A stretch of DNA of 64,000 nucleotides from the human T2T-CHM13v2.0 reference genome, Homo sapiens. The number at the start of each line of letters is the position of its first letter. Positions within the stretch are counted from its first letter, which is position 1. Shown here one piece after another: positions 41,023-59,045 of this stretch. The DNA lies in assembly GCF_009914755.1 (NCBI RefSeq), contig NC_060932.1. One strand, written 5' to 3'. Made by a program: the position numbers and the translations under genes. The notes beneath the pieces are model-generated. The model had not been told where the DNA came from, made no database searches, and was given only the letters and a program-made list of their open reading frames with translations.

Positions 41023-43099
41023 TGATGTGTTTCGTGAGCTCATATTTATTCATACCTTTTACGTGGGAGTTTTGGGAGCCTGGTGTATTTCTCCTGAAAG
41101 GATTTCTAGTTATCTCTGCCAGGAACCCAGACATACTACATAGGTCTACTTTAAATGAAATCCTTCCTATAGGTTTTAGGCCCCACCAGTAATGTAATTT
41201 TCTGCCCTTAATCTTGCTGTGGCTCTGGGGATCTTATTTTCTGAACAGCAGCAACAACAACAACAACAAACCAGAATACATGGTTGGAATAGAAATATTT
41301 ATGGTGACCAAGTGCCCAGGGTATTTGGAGTCATGACTGCCTAGGAAAATTCAGGTTATGTATAGTTATGGGGCCATTTTCACTCTGAATTTTAGAGACT
41401 GGCAGGGCCAGGTGGACAGAATTTGGTGTTACGACTTTTTTGAGTTAAAAAAAAAATCTGTGATTTATCTCAAAATACTATCTCTTAGTGTGATATACGT
41501 GCTCTTTTTGCCCCTTTCATTTTTAATTAACAAATAGCAATTACATATGGTTATGTGGTACAGTATGATATTCTGATATTTATTTACATTGTGGAATGAT
41601 TAAACCAAATTAACATATCCATCACCTCACATACTCATCTTTTTGTGATGAGATTATGTGTGTCCTTTTTAATCAATATCCTAGGGATGGCTAATTAACA
41701 ATTAAAGTACTCTGTTAGGGAATATAATCTCCAAAAGAGGTTGATTAGCTTTTGAAAGGTCCTAAATAGATGTCCACGTTTCAGAAAGCTTCAACCATTT
41801 TTATGTCCAATCAACAGCAGGACTATATGGATTTTCCTTTGGTTAAATAAGTAGTGTTAATGATGTCTGGATTAGCTAGAAATACTGTACGAAGGCCACC
41901 TACACTTGCATGGATGGACAGGATATAGAAATCTAGGAAACCCAATGTGCATACCCTTTGTAATGGTGCTCTTGGTTTAGGTTCCCAAATAGAAGACATA
42001 CTCAGGAAATTATCTGAGGATTATTATTCCCTTACTTCAACTAGAAGATTTGCTGAATCCTGCCCCCAAAATATTGTTTCATGTGTATAGAATAAGTGTG
42101 TCATGCAAAGTTTGGTCGGAGTTCCTAAAAGAACAAGGAGTTGGATCTTCACGAAAGTTACAAAACAGTTTGTATAACTGTTTTTGACTGCACTTGCTAC
42201 CATTAAGTATTTGCACAGGCAGGAGAATTGCTTACAACATAACATTGCAACAGCTGCAAGTTAAGAAGGTTGTGTGGTAAAGGAAGTGAAAATGTTAGAT
42301 CATGGTAAACAAATACTATCTAGGAACAGTGAAGGGGCATCGTGCCAACTGGATTCCTGAGTTGAAAATCATCCTGCTCCAATAATTTTCAGACTATCCT
42401 CATTCGGGAAGGATAGGGAGGGCCCTTGTATGTGTGGATTAAAATAAGTCATGGGATATCTGAGGCCTGGAAAAGATAAGGTTAACCCTTCTCTAGTCCT
42501 ATTCCATGCAGAGCCCTTGGATGTCTCTATAGCATCCGCCAAAGCCTTCAGAAGCTTTACCTCAACCACACTGTAAAACCTGGGTGTGGGAGAGGGATGC
42601 AGTTATTTGACAAAATGGTTGGGAGAGGGTCAGAAATCTTTCTTTGGGTAAAATCATTCTGTAGTTGCTGAAGTAACCACTGATAATTTAATCTGCTTCC
42701 TAGAAAGCTCTTCTTGGCTCACAGATTTAGGCATCAATAAAAATAGGCAACATTTATCGAGGGTCGTCTTCTCCTTGTGCTAAGTATTTTACATACGTTA
42801 TGTCATTATGTGTGTACATTTCCATTCAACCCTATGAATGGATGTTTTTAGTTTTTATCTCTGTTTTATGTATAACGAAAGTGATGTGCAGAAATCATAT
42901 GAATTAGGTGTTTGAATGCGCACTCGAGCTTACCGTTTCTTTTTCACCACCTGTATCGCTAATCCTCTTAACTGGCAGGAATGGGGCAAGTCAATTTCAA
43001 CACGCGAGTCTTAGGCTAAATCTGTTTATAGGAGTTGCCCCCAGAAAGGGAGTCAGGATCTCCAAACCCTAACACATTTTAACGCTGAGGTTCACATAA

Positions 43100-43800
43100 C
43101 TCCCAGCGCTCCTTCCGCACGAACCGCCCCTGCACAGGGAACCTGCTGGAAAGGACGAGCCTCTCTTGCAGATGGGCCAATTAGATAGCTTGCTCTTGTG
43201 AACGACAGGTCTTGTGGCCAATGGGCTCATCCCCGGAGGCCTCGAAGAGCGGAAATTGGCCCTGGAGCATGTGGGCCCTGGGGCGTGGGTTGAGCTCGGT
43301 CTTCCCGAGGCCGCGCGGAGCTGGGCGACTGGGGCGAGGACTCGCGCACAGGTGAGTACTGGCCCCGGTTGCGGCATGCCAGGCAGGCCAGGGTCGCTCG
43401 GGGGCGGGCAGGTTGGGTTTTTGCTCAAGCACGTGGGGTGAGCCGCCCTCCCGGGCCTCTCCCCTCCCACTTCGGGGAGCTGCTGAGGGTTGCGGGTCGG
43501 GCGGGGGCGGGAAGTCGTTATTCGAGGCCCGGCGCCGCGGCCCCAAGAAGGTGTCCAGGTTGGGGCGGCAGGGGAGGCCCTCCGGAGGCCCAAGTGGACG
43601 TCTTATTTGGCCTGAGAGAGGAGATAGAACCCCTGGCAGGGCTGTGGCTTTGGGGAAAGGTGCTTTTCTCGGGGTGGAAAGGGGATGGGACTCGCCTTCG
43701 GGGGCCTTGCTTCTGGTTAGGCCCGAGTCGCGAGGCCTCAGCGCGGAGCACGCACCCAGGGATGCGAGGGAGGCAGGCCCAGCCCGTCCTGGGTTCGCTC
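43100..43800 (+). promoter_or_regulatory. PIWIL2: PIWIL2 CpG-island promoter
   Basis: CpG-rich; CCAAT at 43177-43181 and 43218-43222, ATTGG at 43255-43259; E-box CACGTG at 43430-43435; E2F6-type GGCGGGAA at 43506-43513. Confidence 0.85.
43270..43351 (+). other. PIWIL2: PIWIL2 exon 1 (non-coding; start approximate)
   Basis: Consensus donor CAG|GTGAGT at 43351/43352 in the CpG island, ~4 kb upstream of the ATG exon. Confidence 0.75.
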
Positions 43801-44253
43801 CCCATTGAACCTTTCGGACAGCCAAGTATCTGCTACCTGATCCCAGGGGGAAACCCACACTGGGAGAGGGCCCTCTGGGGGAGCTACCTGAATCTATAGA
43901 AGTGGTGCTGGAGGTTGAGGGAAGCGTGGACAAAGAGGAAGATTCCAGATGTCCCTTAAGGGAGGCCGTCCAGCGCTTCTGAGTATGTAGCTGTTAGCAT
44001 ACTGATTGCTTGGGATTCTTTGGGTGGTGTTGGGGAGGTGTGAGCAGAGTCCTGGCTCACCGAAAAGGGGTGTTAGCAGTTAAATATAGCCTTCAAGAAA
44101 GGGAGTCATATCCTGCGTTTAGAGTGTGAAAGAGGATAGTTTAGTTCAATAAATTTTGCAAGTTCCTGAACTGTCTGCACTTATGCTGTGGGTTTATGAA
44201 TTGTGTGTTAATATTTTCTTTAAATGTATGATTTCTCTGTAGCTAATACTTAA

Positions 44254-44700
<447 letters not shown>

Positions 44701-45959
44701 TAAAAATTAGCTGGGTATGGTGGCAGGTGCCTGAAGTCCTAGCTACTTGGGAGGCTGAGACAAGAGGACTGCTTGAGCACAGGAGGTTGAGACTGCAGTG
44801 AGCTAAGATGCCACCACTTCACTGTAGCCTGGATGACAGAACAAGACCCTGTCTCTTAAAAAAAAAAATTCTTTTCCGTTAAGAAATATTTTTCAGGAAT
44901 CAGGGGCAAGTCAGGACAATGAGAGGAGCCCCTTAAAGAGGGAGTCTTGAAATCTGTAGGTTATAAAGTGATATATATATATATTTTTTTTTTTTTGAGA
45001 CAGAATCTTGTGCTGTCACCCAGGCTGGAGTGCCACGATCTTGACTCACTGCAACCTCCGCCTCCTGGGTTCAAGCAATTCTTGTGCCTCAGACTCCTGA
45101 GGAGGGGGGATTACAGGCATGCACCACCATGCCTGGCTAATTTTTGTATTTTTAGTAAAGACAGGGTTTCATCATGTTTGCCACGCTGCTCTTGAGCTCC
45201 TGATCTCAAGTGATCCACCCGCCTCGGCCTCCCAAAGTGCTGTGATTACAGGCATGGGCCACCACGCCCGACCTACAGGTTATGAAGTGATTTTGAAGAG
45301 ACCTGATGGGCTTTAGATTTGGTAGGGAAGCCAGGGAGAGCCTCACCCCGGGTAACCTGGGAGAGAGAAGGGTGTTAAATGCAACCTGTGAGACTGAGCA
45401 AGTATTGTAGGCTCAAAGCAGAAAGACTGTGTACTCTGGAGACTTCTGATGGAGTTTGAAAGAAGAGAGTTTTTAAAATTTTTTTTTCTATTTTTTAATT
45501 ATTTGTAGAGACAGGGTCTCGTTGTGTTCCTAAGACTGGCCTCAAACTCCTGGCCTCAATGGTCCTCCCACCTGGGCCTCCCAGAGTGCTGGGATTACAG
45601 GCATGAACCACTGTGTGTGTGTGCTCAGCCTGAAGGAAGAATTTTGTAAAAAAGAATTGGATAGAGATTCGGAGAAGCAGCTAAACAGATCAAGGAAGAG
45701 AATTTGGTGCAATCATAGACTGGAAAAAAGTTAGGACTCTTATGTAGGAAAGAGAGGCCAAAAACAAAGCAAAAACCCATAAATATTTGTTGACAATAAT
45801 TTTATGATATGGCTGTGTTAACTATGAAATTGTTTATAGGCCAGGCACAGTGGCTCACACCTGTAATCCCAGCACTTTGGGAGGCCCAGGTGGGCTGATC
45901 GCCTGAGGTCGGGAGTTCGAGACCAGCCTGACCAACATAGAGAAACCCCGTCTCTATTA

Positions 45960-46151
<192 letters not shown>

Positions 46152-46580
46152 TTATAAACCAAAGTCATCCTCATACATAAAAACTGCCTTAGCCAGGTGC
46201 AGTGGCTCACACCTATTATCCCAGCATTTTGGGATGCTGAGGCAGCAGATCTCTTGAGCCCAGGTGTTTGAGACCAGCCTTGGCAACGTGGCAAGACCCC
46301 GTCTGTACAAAAAATGTACAAATTAGCTGGGTGTTGTGGTGCATGCCTGTAGTCCCAGCTACTCAGGAGACTGAGATGTGAGGGTCACTTGAGCCCAGGA
46401 GGTCAAGGCTGCAGTGAGCCATGATCATGCCACTGCACTCCAGCCTGGGCGACAGAAGGAGACCCTCCTAAAAAACTGCTTCCTTATACAACAGCTAGTT
46501 AACTCACAGGACTGAGTTTTGTGAGAGGCTATTTGGGTAGAAAATATAAGTAAGTTCAAGGAGGACACGGGCCTCTAAGG

Positions 46581-47103
46581 CAGGGGTTCCCAACCCCCAG
46601 GCCACAGGCTGGTTGGGGGGCCTGTTAGGAACTGGGCTGCACAGCAGGAGGTGAGAGATTGGCAAATGAGCAAAGCTTCATCTGTATTGACAGCTGCTCC
46701 CCATGGCTTGTAGTATCACCTGAGCTCTGCCTCCTGTCGGATCACTGGTGGCATTAGATTCTCATTGTGCAAACCCTCTTGTGAACTTCGCATTGGAGGG
46801 ATCTAGGTTGCATCCTCCTTATGAGAATCTAATGCCTGATGATCTGTCACTGTCTCCCATCACCCACAGATGGGACCAGCTAGTTGCAGGAAAACAAGAT
46901 CAGGGCTCCCACTGATTCTACATTATGGTGAATTGTATAATTATTATATTTCATTATCTATTATAATGTAATAATAGAAATAAAGTACACAATAAATGTA
47001 ATGTATTTGAGTCACTCTGAAACCATCCCCCCACCCCTGGGTCCATGGAAAAATTATCTTCCAGGAAACCAGTCTCTGGTGCCAAAAAGGTTGGGGACCA
47101 CTG
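46581..47103 (+). mobile_element. MER1A (hAT-Charlie) full-length non-autonomous DNA transposon
   Basis: TIRs CAGGGGTTCCCAACC...GGTTGGGGACCACTG; 8-bp TSD ctctaagg/ctctgagg; internal inverted repeat ggcattagattctcat/atgagaatctaatgcc. Confidence 0.88.
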
Positions 47104-47296
47104 CTCTGAGGGATTGTTAATGAAGGATGTTTAGAATATTACAGATCAAATAGAAGCCTTTGAAGTGAATATGTTGTAGAAGGCTAGGCGTGTTACTGGA
47201 CTGACTCAAAATACTATTTTAATGCTTTGTGAGTGTGTCTTGAAGGAAAAGGAAAACAATTGGGAATCTTAATCTTTTGAAAATGATGGCAGGTAA

Positions 47297-47557
<261 letters not shown>

Positions 47558-48712
47558 TAGGAGTGGCATACAGCTTACCTGTGTGCCGTCAGAGGAAGTA
47601 ATGGATTTCAAAGTGCTTGCAGGGCTGGGCACGGTGGCTCACGCCTGTAATCCCAGCACTTTGGGAGGCCGAGGCAGGTGGATCATCTGAGGTCGGGAGT
47701 TCAAGACCAGCCTGGCCAACCAACATGGTGAAACCCTGTCTCTACTGAAAATACAAAAATTAGCCAGGTGTGGTGGCGGGTACCTGTAATCCCAGCTACT
47801 CAGGAAGCTAAGGCAGGATAATTGCTTGAACCGTGGAGGCGGAGGTTGCGGTGAGCTGAGATCTCGCCAGTGCACTCCAGCCTGGGCAACAGAGCGAGAC
47901 TCCATCTCAAACAATGACAACAAAGTGCTTGCAAAACTGGGAAGCCCTAAACAAAAACAAGGTTGTCTTTTTTTTTCTTTAACAAGTAGATACATCTGGG
48001 CAAATATTTCAAATCTAGAGTTTCTAGAGGTATGAAGAAGTACCTCATAATGAGCGCTAGATGGACTTGGTAAGTACCATAGGTCCTCTAGCTTCCGATC
48101 ATCCCTCCATCCCTCCATCTGTAATTGTTAGGTCTAAAGGTACAATCTCTTGTTGTTTTCTGAATATTTAGATTTTCACCTGGTTTTGGCTCTATGATAT
48201 TAGCAGCAGTTTCTGCCTCTGAGGTAATAATACTTTTGTTCATTTTGGAAGGCTCATTGCCCAAATCTTAAAGAAAAAGGATCTTCAGTTATTGCTGCTG
48301 CTGTGTGAACACTTAACGTGTATATGTTCTTAAACTTTTAATTATAAAGTAATTTTAAGAATAATATTTGTCTATAATTAATATATCAAAGAGAGTTAGC
48401 AAATATAGGGAGAACCTAATGAAGTTATGATTATTTTAAGTAGAGTTTACATTTGTCAAATGTATTATTTTTATAAGGAGAAAAGTTTATGAAAGTAATC
48501 TTACATGTTGACTCAAATGAATTGCTTGAGTCTATATGTAGCTTTTATTCATGTCAGATCCAACTGGTATAACAGTAGTAGACATTCAAGACTGCCACAG
48601 GAAAACAGTAGCAGGTTACACAAACCTCTGATACTCATAAATGATCCAGCTTTTTTGAAATGTATTAACCAGTACACTTGTTCTCTCTTGCCTTGAATAT
48701 GCAGAAAATAGA

Positions 48713-48870
48713 AAAATGGAAAAGTTCTGTTGCATTTTGTTATACTGTTTATCAAATCAAAATGGAAAAATTAACTCTGTTCTGTTGCATTTTGTTATAC
48801 TGTTTATCAAATCAAAATGGAAAAGTTAATTCTGTTCTGTTGCATTTTGTTATACTGTACACATCAAATC
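48713..48870. repeat. 55-bp tandem repeat, 3 copies (first truncated), PIWIL2 intron 2
   Basis: Unit aaaatggaaaaattaactctgttctgttgcattttgttatactgtttatcaaatc starting at 48713, 48759, 48814. Confidence 0.95.
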
Positions 48871-49008
48871 ATGGGCCATAACTGTAACTGTGCTTTAAGA
48901 CCTAATATTACATAGTTACAGGTATTTTTTAAAGTTTATAAAATGTTTCCCTTTATTCTTATAACATGTATAGAATTTGAAGATGATTTTATTATATACC
49001 AAGACTAA

Positions 49009-49212
<204 letters not shown>

Positions 49213-49291
49213 TAAAATCCAAATGGTTTATTTTCAGAAACGTAACTGTGCTTTTTTTAAAAAAAAAAACTATACTTTAAAACACGTTTAA

Positions 49292-49561
<270 letters not shown>

Positions 49562-49748
49562 TAATCAATGTCTGGTTTTATATTAAAGAATGCATATTTC
49601 TCAAGAGTAGTCAGCAGCTGTTAACACAGCTAGGCATTGGAAAAGGGTAAGAAGTAGTTCTCCACTGGGCTGTTCAAAAATTCATTTGTCCTCTTAAAAA
49701 ATTACCCTGATCATGGTGATTTTTTTTTTTTTTTTTTTTTTGAGATGA

Positions 49749-50301
<553 letters not shown>

Positions 50302-50924
50302 TAATTTTTGTATTTTTAGTAGAGACGGGGTTTCATCTTATTAGCCAGGTTGGTCTCAAACTCCTGACATCAGGTAATCCTCCCGCCTTGGCTTCCCAGA
50401 GAGCTGGGATTATAGGCGTGAGCCCCTGCACGCAGCCGTGGTGATTCTTTAATAACGTTGAGTCAAACTTTCTCCTCTATTCTGCTATGGAAGATGGCTC
50501 TGACAGTCAATAGCAGTTGGTGAATGAGTCATGGTGGCATATGTTGTGTTTTTTTTTTGAAATTCGTTCTATCTCTGTCACCCAGGCTTTAGTGCAGTGG
50601 TGTGATCTCAGCTCACTGCAGCCTCGACCTCCCAGGCTGAAGTGATCCTCCCACCTCAGCCACCCGAGTAGCTGGGACTACAGTTATGAGCCACCATACC
50701 TGGCTAATTTTTGTATTTTTTATAGTGCGGGGTCTCACTGTATTGTTTAGGCTGGTCTTGAACTCCTGGGCTCAAGCAGTCTCCCCACCTTAGCTTCCCA
50801 AAGTGCTAGGGTTACAGGCGTGAGCCACTGTGCCTGGCCTTGGCATATGTAGTTTGAGAGAATTTGAAACTTGGATCCCTTTTGCTGTCTCCTCCAGGAA
50901 GAGATTGTGGAGTTGGGGGAATAA

Positions 50925-51191
<267 letters not shown>

Positions 51192-51341
51192 TAAGTCAGG
51201 AGCACTGCCTTCTCTACTTAGTAATGATCGTGAAAACTCTGCATTTTGGCTCGTGTGTAGTATTGTAAAATCTGTTTGTGTTGGGTCCTCCCTGGGTAAT
51301 AATACTGCGGGGTGTTTTGTTTTTTGCCAGTGGGAGATTGA

Positions 51342-51539
<198 letters not shown>

Positions 51540-52055
51540 TAGTAGAGATGGGGTCTCACCACCTTGGCCAGGCTGGTCTTGAACTCCTGACCTCGTGATC
51601 CACCCGCCTCGGCCTCCCAAGGTGCTGGGATTACAGGTGTGAGCCACTGTGTCCGGCCAAGGTGGGACAATTTCTGAAGTTAGATGTGTTTGACAGTGGA
51701 CATATAGCATGCAACTAATGAGTGGACTCACGGCCTTTCGTTTCCTTCCCAATTGAGACAATTCCTTGTCATGTTGAAGATAAGGAAATAATTTAGGAAG
51801 AATATCGTGACGCTTCATCTTTCTCCATAGAACTCATTCTTGTGTTCCTAGTTAATGGGACTAGTTTATTTGGTAATGTTACTAGGAAAGGTAGGGTGAC
51901 CTTGCTTATCTAATTAGGTCTTGCTAACGATTTGCCTTCTAGCCTTCAGAGCTTGCTTCTGTAAGTGTTGCCTCTTGATATGTGTATCTGTAGCAAAATG
52001 TGAAAAAATGTTACTTCCCCCAATCTTCTTGTTGTTGGTTGTGTGGGTTGGTTAG

Positions 52056-52256
<201 letters not shown>

Positions 52257-52457
52257 TAAAGGGCAGTAAAAAAAATAGTTCCCCTGGAATAACTGAATAT
52301 TGTCCTGGACAGTTCCTGGTGGACGTCTCAATGCAATAATGTGTTTACTCAGATCCTTACAGGAAGTTTAAGGTTAATCTTAAACTTTGTGTATGTATTT
52401 AGCTATATTACCAATCTCGATTTTAACTTCATAGGGTGTAGATTTATACATGAGGCT

Positions 52458-52646
52458 AGAAGTTAATTTAATGTGAAATTAATGAAGCTTAAGTTCAGGG
52501 CCTTTTAAAACTTGCATTAGGTGTCTTCCATGATCTTTTAACTTATTTTGTATGTGTAATTTTGTATTCTTTTTCTTAAAGAACCCTCCCCCCTCCCCCA
52601 TCAGTGGTGTGAAATCCATGCCCTATGAAACCTGGATCCTTTCCTG
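52458..52646 (-). mobile_element. MER53-like hAT DNA transposon
   Basis: 'taatgaagcttaagttcagggcc...aattttgtattctttttcttaaaga...aaacctggatcc' matches the recalled MER53 reverse complement. Confidence 0.6.
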
Positions 52647-52904
52647 CATGAGCCATCATACCAACATCTGACATCTCTCTAGTGACAGTCTAGGGTTAAA
52701 TTTAGGGGTGAGAAAAATGAAGGAAGATAACTGCAGTTTTATATCAATAATTTTAGGATTTATTACTATTTAAAAATAGTTTATATTAGTTTGTGTTCTC
52801 TCTTAATATCTTAGAGGAGTCATTAGCTGGAAGTTCTTAGCTGGAATTGTGAAAATGAGTGTTTTGAAATACCTGTGAAGAAAATGAGAAGATGAAGTCT
52901 CAGT

Positions 52905-53960
<1,056 letters not shown>

Positions 53961-55072
53961 TAGTTGATGACACAAGAGGAAGAAGTGGAGTGAAAGAGAG
54001 GAGAAAGGAACAGTTAGGGAGAAAATATTCTGAAGGTATGTTATAAAGACCAAAGGAAGGACTCTTTTGAATGAAGGTAATGAGAAGGTGGTTGACTTTG
54101 GCCACAGGAAAAAAAGCAACTGAATTTGCTTGTTGAGGGTGTTGTGATCTTCTAGCAGTTTTGTTACAGTTGTAGAGAAAAAAAAGGAAAGATGAAAAGC
54201 ACAAAGGAGGGCATAGGCCATGAGAAGTAGCCACTGACTTGGCCACTCATTTAAAAAGTTTATAAGAGGAATGAGAAATGGAATAATTATAGAAGGCAAC
54301 AGGATTGCTGTAATAGTTTCTATGAGGTAAGAAAGCGGAGCTGAGCACATACAACAGGTAGAGGGAAGTAGCCAGAAAAGTGGGGGAAATTGGATCCCAG
54401 GAAACAGGCTTGTTGTGAAACATACAGCAAAGAGGTGAGCATTAAACAGAGGGGAGAGGGCTGCATGCAGTGGCTCACGTCTGTAATCCCAGCACTTAGG
54501 GAGGCCGAGGAGGGAGAGTTGCTTGAGGCTAGGAGTTCCAGACTGTCTTAGGTAACAACAACAAAAAATTTTATTTATTTATTTATTTTGAGACAGAGTC
54601 TCACTCTGTTGCGCAGGCCGGAGTGCAGTGGCACAGTCTTGCCTCAGTGCTACCTCCATCTCCCAGGCTGAAATGATTCTCATGCCTCAGCCTCCCGAGT
54701 AACTGGGATTACAACCACATGCCACCACACCCCACTAATTTTTTTGTATTTTTAGTAGAACAGGGTTTCACCGTGATGGCCAGAGTGATCTTGAACTCCT
54801 GGCCTCAAGTGATCACCCACCTCGGCCTCCCAAAGTGCTGGGATTACAGGCATGAGCCACCGAGCCAGGGCAAAAAAAAATTTTTTTTTAGTCAGGTGTG
54901 GTGGTACCCTTATAGTCCCAGTTACTTGGGGGACTGAGGCAGAAGGATCACTTGAGCCCAGGAGTTTGAGATGGCAGTGAGCTATGATCATGCCAGTGTA
55001 CTTCAGCCTGGGTGACAAAGGAAGACCCTATCTCAAAAAAAAAAAGGGAGATGGGGAGAAGTCTTCCTCTTA

Positions 55073-55237
<165 letters not shown>

Positions 55238-55403
55238 CTAAGGCAGGTGTCCTTTGGTGGTAGGATTTGGTGGTTTTTATTTTTTTATGACCTATGGTTT
55301 CTGATGTTTCAGCTGCGAGCAGGTCTTCTTGAGTCAAAGTTCTAGGCAGATAGATAATTTTTAATATGCCCGCTAGATGGAGCAGCAGTTACTGGGTAAC
55401 TAG

Positions 55404-55625
<222 letters not shown>

Positions 55626-56085
55626 TGAACCCTAAGAGTGCTCTGGCGTTTTTTGTTTGGTTTTGCTTTTAAGAGATTGGGTCTTGCTATGTTGCCCAGA
55701 CTGGTCTCGAATTCCCAAAGCCCTGGGACTACAGGCGTGTGAGCCACTTCACCTGGCCCAGGACTGGTGTTTTGAGGGGTAGGAAACCATAGAATTCCTG
55801 TATGTTCGAGTTGTGCTTTTCTGTTCATAGAGGGGAAGACAGATTTCTGCAGGACATCACAGCACATTTTAGGTTTGAATTCCTCAAGAAGCACCTTCTC
55901 ACATGAGAGGAATGGTTGGAAGTCTGTGACCTCAGTGATAAAGAGTAACTTAAAATTGCAAATGTAGGCCGGGTGCGGTGGCTCACGCCTGTAATCCTAG
56001 TACTTTGGGAGGCTAAGTCAGGTGGATCACGAGGTCACGAGATTGAGACCATCCTGGCTAACACGGTGAAACCCTGTCTCTACTA

Positions 56086-56307
<222 letters not shown>

Positions 56308-56493
56308 TCATTTTTCTGAATCGTAGTTGTCATGCTGTGCTTTTGCTAGTGTGGGCAACAAAGTGAGGGGAAAAGTAGAAAAATGTTTTAAGATACTTTA
56401 GTGTTCTTAAGAACACAGTTGAATTAGATTAGGACTTGGTCATTAGTTCTTAGTTTTGTCATTTTGTTTCACCTGTGTGTATTTATTTGTTAG

Positions 56494-56619
<126 letters not shown>

Positions 56620-57751
56620 TAAGAAAACAGCTGAAGTTCTATTGTCCTGTAACTTCAGTCTTGTATTTACAGTAATGTTCTTCAAGATACTTGGATGGAA
56701 ATACGTGACAGTATATTCTAGATGGGTTTGGAAGCATTTAATGAATAAATGGATGGTATTGAGGCTAACTTACTCAAAAATTATCTCACAAGTGGTAGAC
56801 CAGATTTGAATATATGAAATTAGATTTGGAGGTAGCTGGATAGGGGAACGGGTTCCTCCAGTTGTGTTCAGGAACTTTGAAAGCGGCTGTTGATAGTGCA
56901 TATTTAATGGTGACGGTAACAAGGGGGCTACTTAAAGAGGTTGTGTGTAAAAATATTTGCTGGAAGGATTTTTCAGTGTCTTGAATTTTTGGATTACAGA
57001 CAGCTCATAATTGTTTAACTTCTTTTGAAACATCCTAGTTTTCATACAGCCGCTATTCTCTTATTTAATGAAACACAACCTAATTTCTTTTCTTTTCTTT
57101 TTTCTTTTTTTTTTTTTTTTTGAGAGACGGAGTCTCGCTCTGTCGCCAGGCTGTAGTGCAGTGGCGCAATCCCGGCTCACTGCAACCTCCGACTCCCTGG
57201 TTCAAGTGATTGTCCTGCCTCAGTCTCCTGAGTAGCTGGGATTACAGGCATGCGCTGCCACGTCTGGCTAATTTTTGTATTTTTAATAGAGATGATGTTT
57301 CATCTTGTTGGCCAGGATGGTCTCGATCTTTTGACCTCGTGATCTGTCCACCTCAGCCTCCCAAAGTGCTGGGATTAGAGGCGTAAGCCACCGCGCCCGG
57401 CCCATGGAACCTAATTTCTACCTAGTAAGTTGAACTGCCAGGAGTAAACATAGCTCCCTTTGCCACACTGTTATTCACACACTTAGCAATGGGCTGTCTT
57501 GCATTCTTCGTAGTTAGTGGTGAAAAGTAACGTAATAAAACCTTGGAAACCAACTCAGTGTTTGGTCAGCTAGTAAGTGGAAAAGACTGCTGTCATTTTG
57601 CTTTGCTTTTTCAGTCAAATGCTTTGGCAGTTTTTGGTTTTCTTTTAACAAGATTGTTCTCAATATAAAAGCTGTCTTCTGCAAAGAGCACAAACATTTC
57701 TAACCGTTCAGACTTCCAAAGGCAAATGTAGCTAAGAATAATGGAACATAA

Positions 57752-57958
<207 letters not shown>

Positions 57959-58059
57959 TAATGTCAGCAGTAGTTTATGGTAGTGAATACAGTTTATCAA
58001 TTAAATCTCTTCCTTAGTTTGGTTTTTCAGTAAGTTTGCAATAATGTCAATTAACTTAG

Positions 58060-58299
<240 letters not shown>

Positions 58300-58937
58300 T
58301 GAGTGAATGGTGGGGTCTATCTTTAACATGCTGATGATTTTCTGAAAAGTTCAGTAACAGCTGGTAATAACACACATTAGACATTGTTCTGTTTGTTTGT
58401 TTTTTCCCCCAGAGACAGGGTCTTGTTTTGTCACCCTGGCTGGAGTACAGTGGTTTGATCATAGCTCGCTGTAACCCTGAACTCCTGGGTTCAAGTGATC
58501 CTACCACCTCAGCCTTCTGAGTAACCAGGACTACGGGTGTGCTACCATGCCCAGCCAATTTTTAATTTTTTTTTTTTTTTTTTTTTTGTAGAGATAGGGT
58601 CTTGCTATGTTTCCCAGCCTGCTATGTTTCCTGGCTTCAAGGGATCCTCCTACCTCAGCCTCTCAAGGTGTTGAGATTATAGGCATGAGTCATGGCACCC
58701 AGCCCTGTTTAGATTTTTAGTTGTAGAATAACTGAACTGAATATATGTGCCCTCGTCTCTAGTCCTCCTGAGATAAGCATCTGAATAGACATCTGCTGTG
58801 CTTTGAGAAGGAGTTTTGTTTAAATTTGTGGTTAGGAGAACTTGGTTTGATATATGCGCATGCTGAGTTTGCATATAATAATATACAATGTATGTGTTAC
58901 TGTAGTAAATACAGATGTGTATATATATTTTTTTTAA

Positions 58938-59045
<108 letters not shown>

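Noticed and set aside
41700-42740. Apparently unique ~1 kb upstream of PIWIL2 as a hidden gene or pseudogene
   Set aside because: No long ORF or recognisable homology; cannot be assigned from sequence alone.
43069-43933. 130-250 aa ORFs on both strands at the PIWIL2 5' end
   Set aside because: CpG-island composition suppresses stop codons; most start at non-ATG codons and have no domain.
48713-48870. CRISPR-like array
   Set aside because: Head-to-tail tandem units with no unique spacers, in human intronic DNA with no cas genes.
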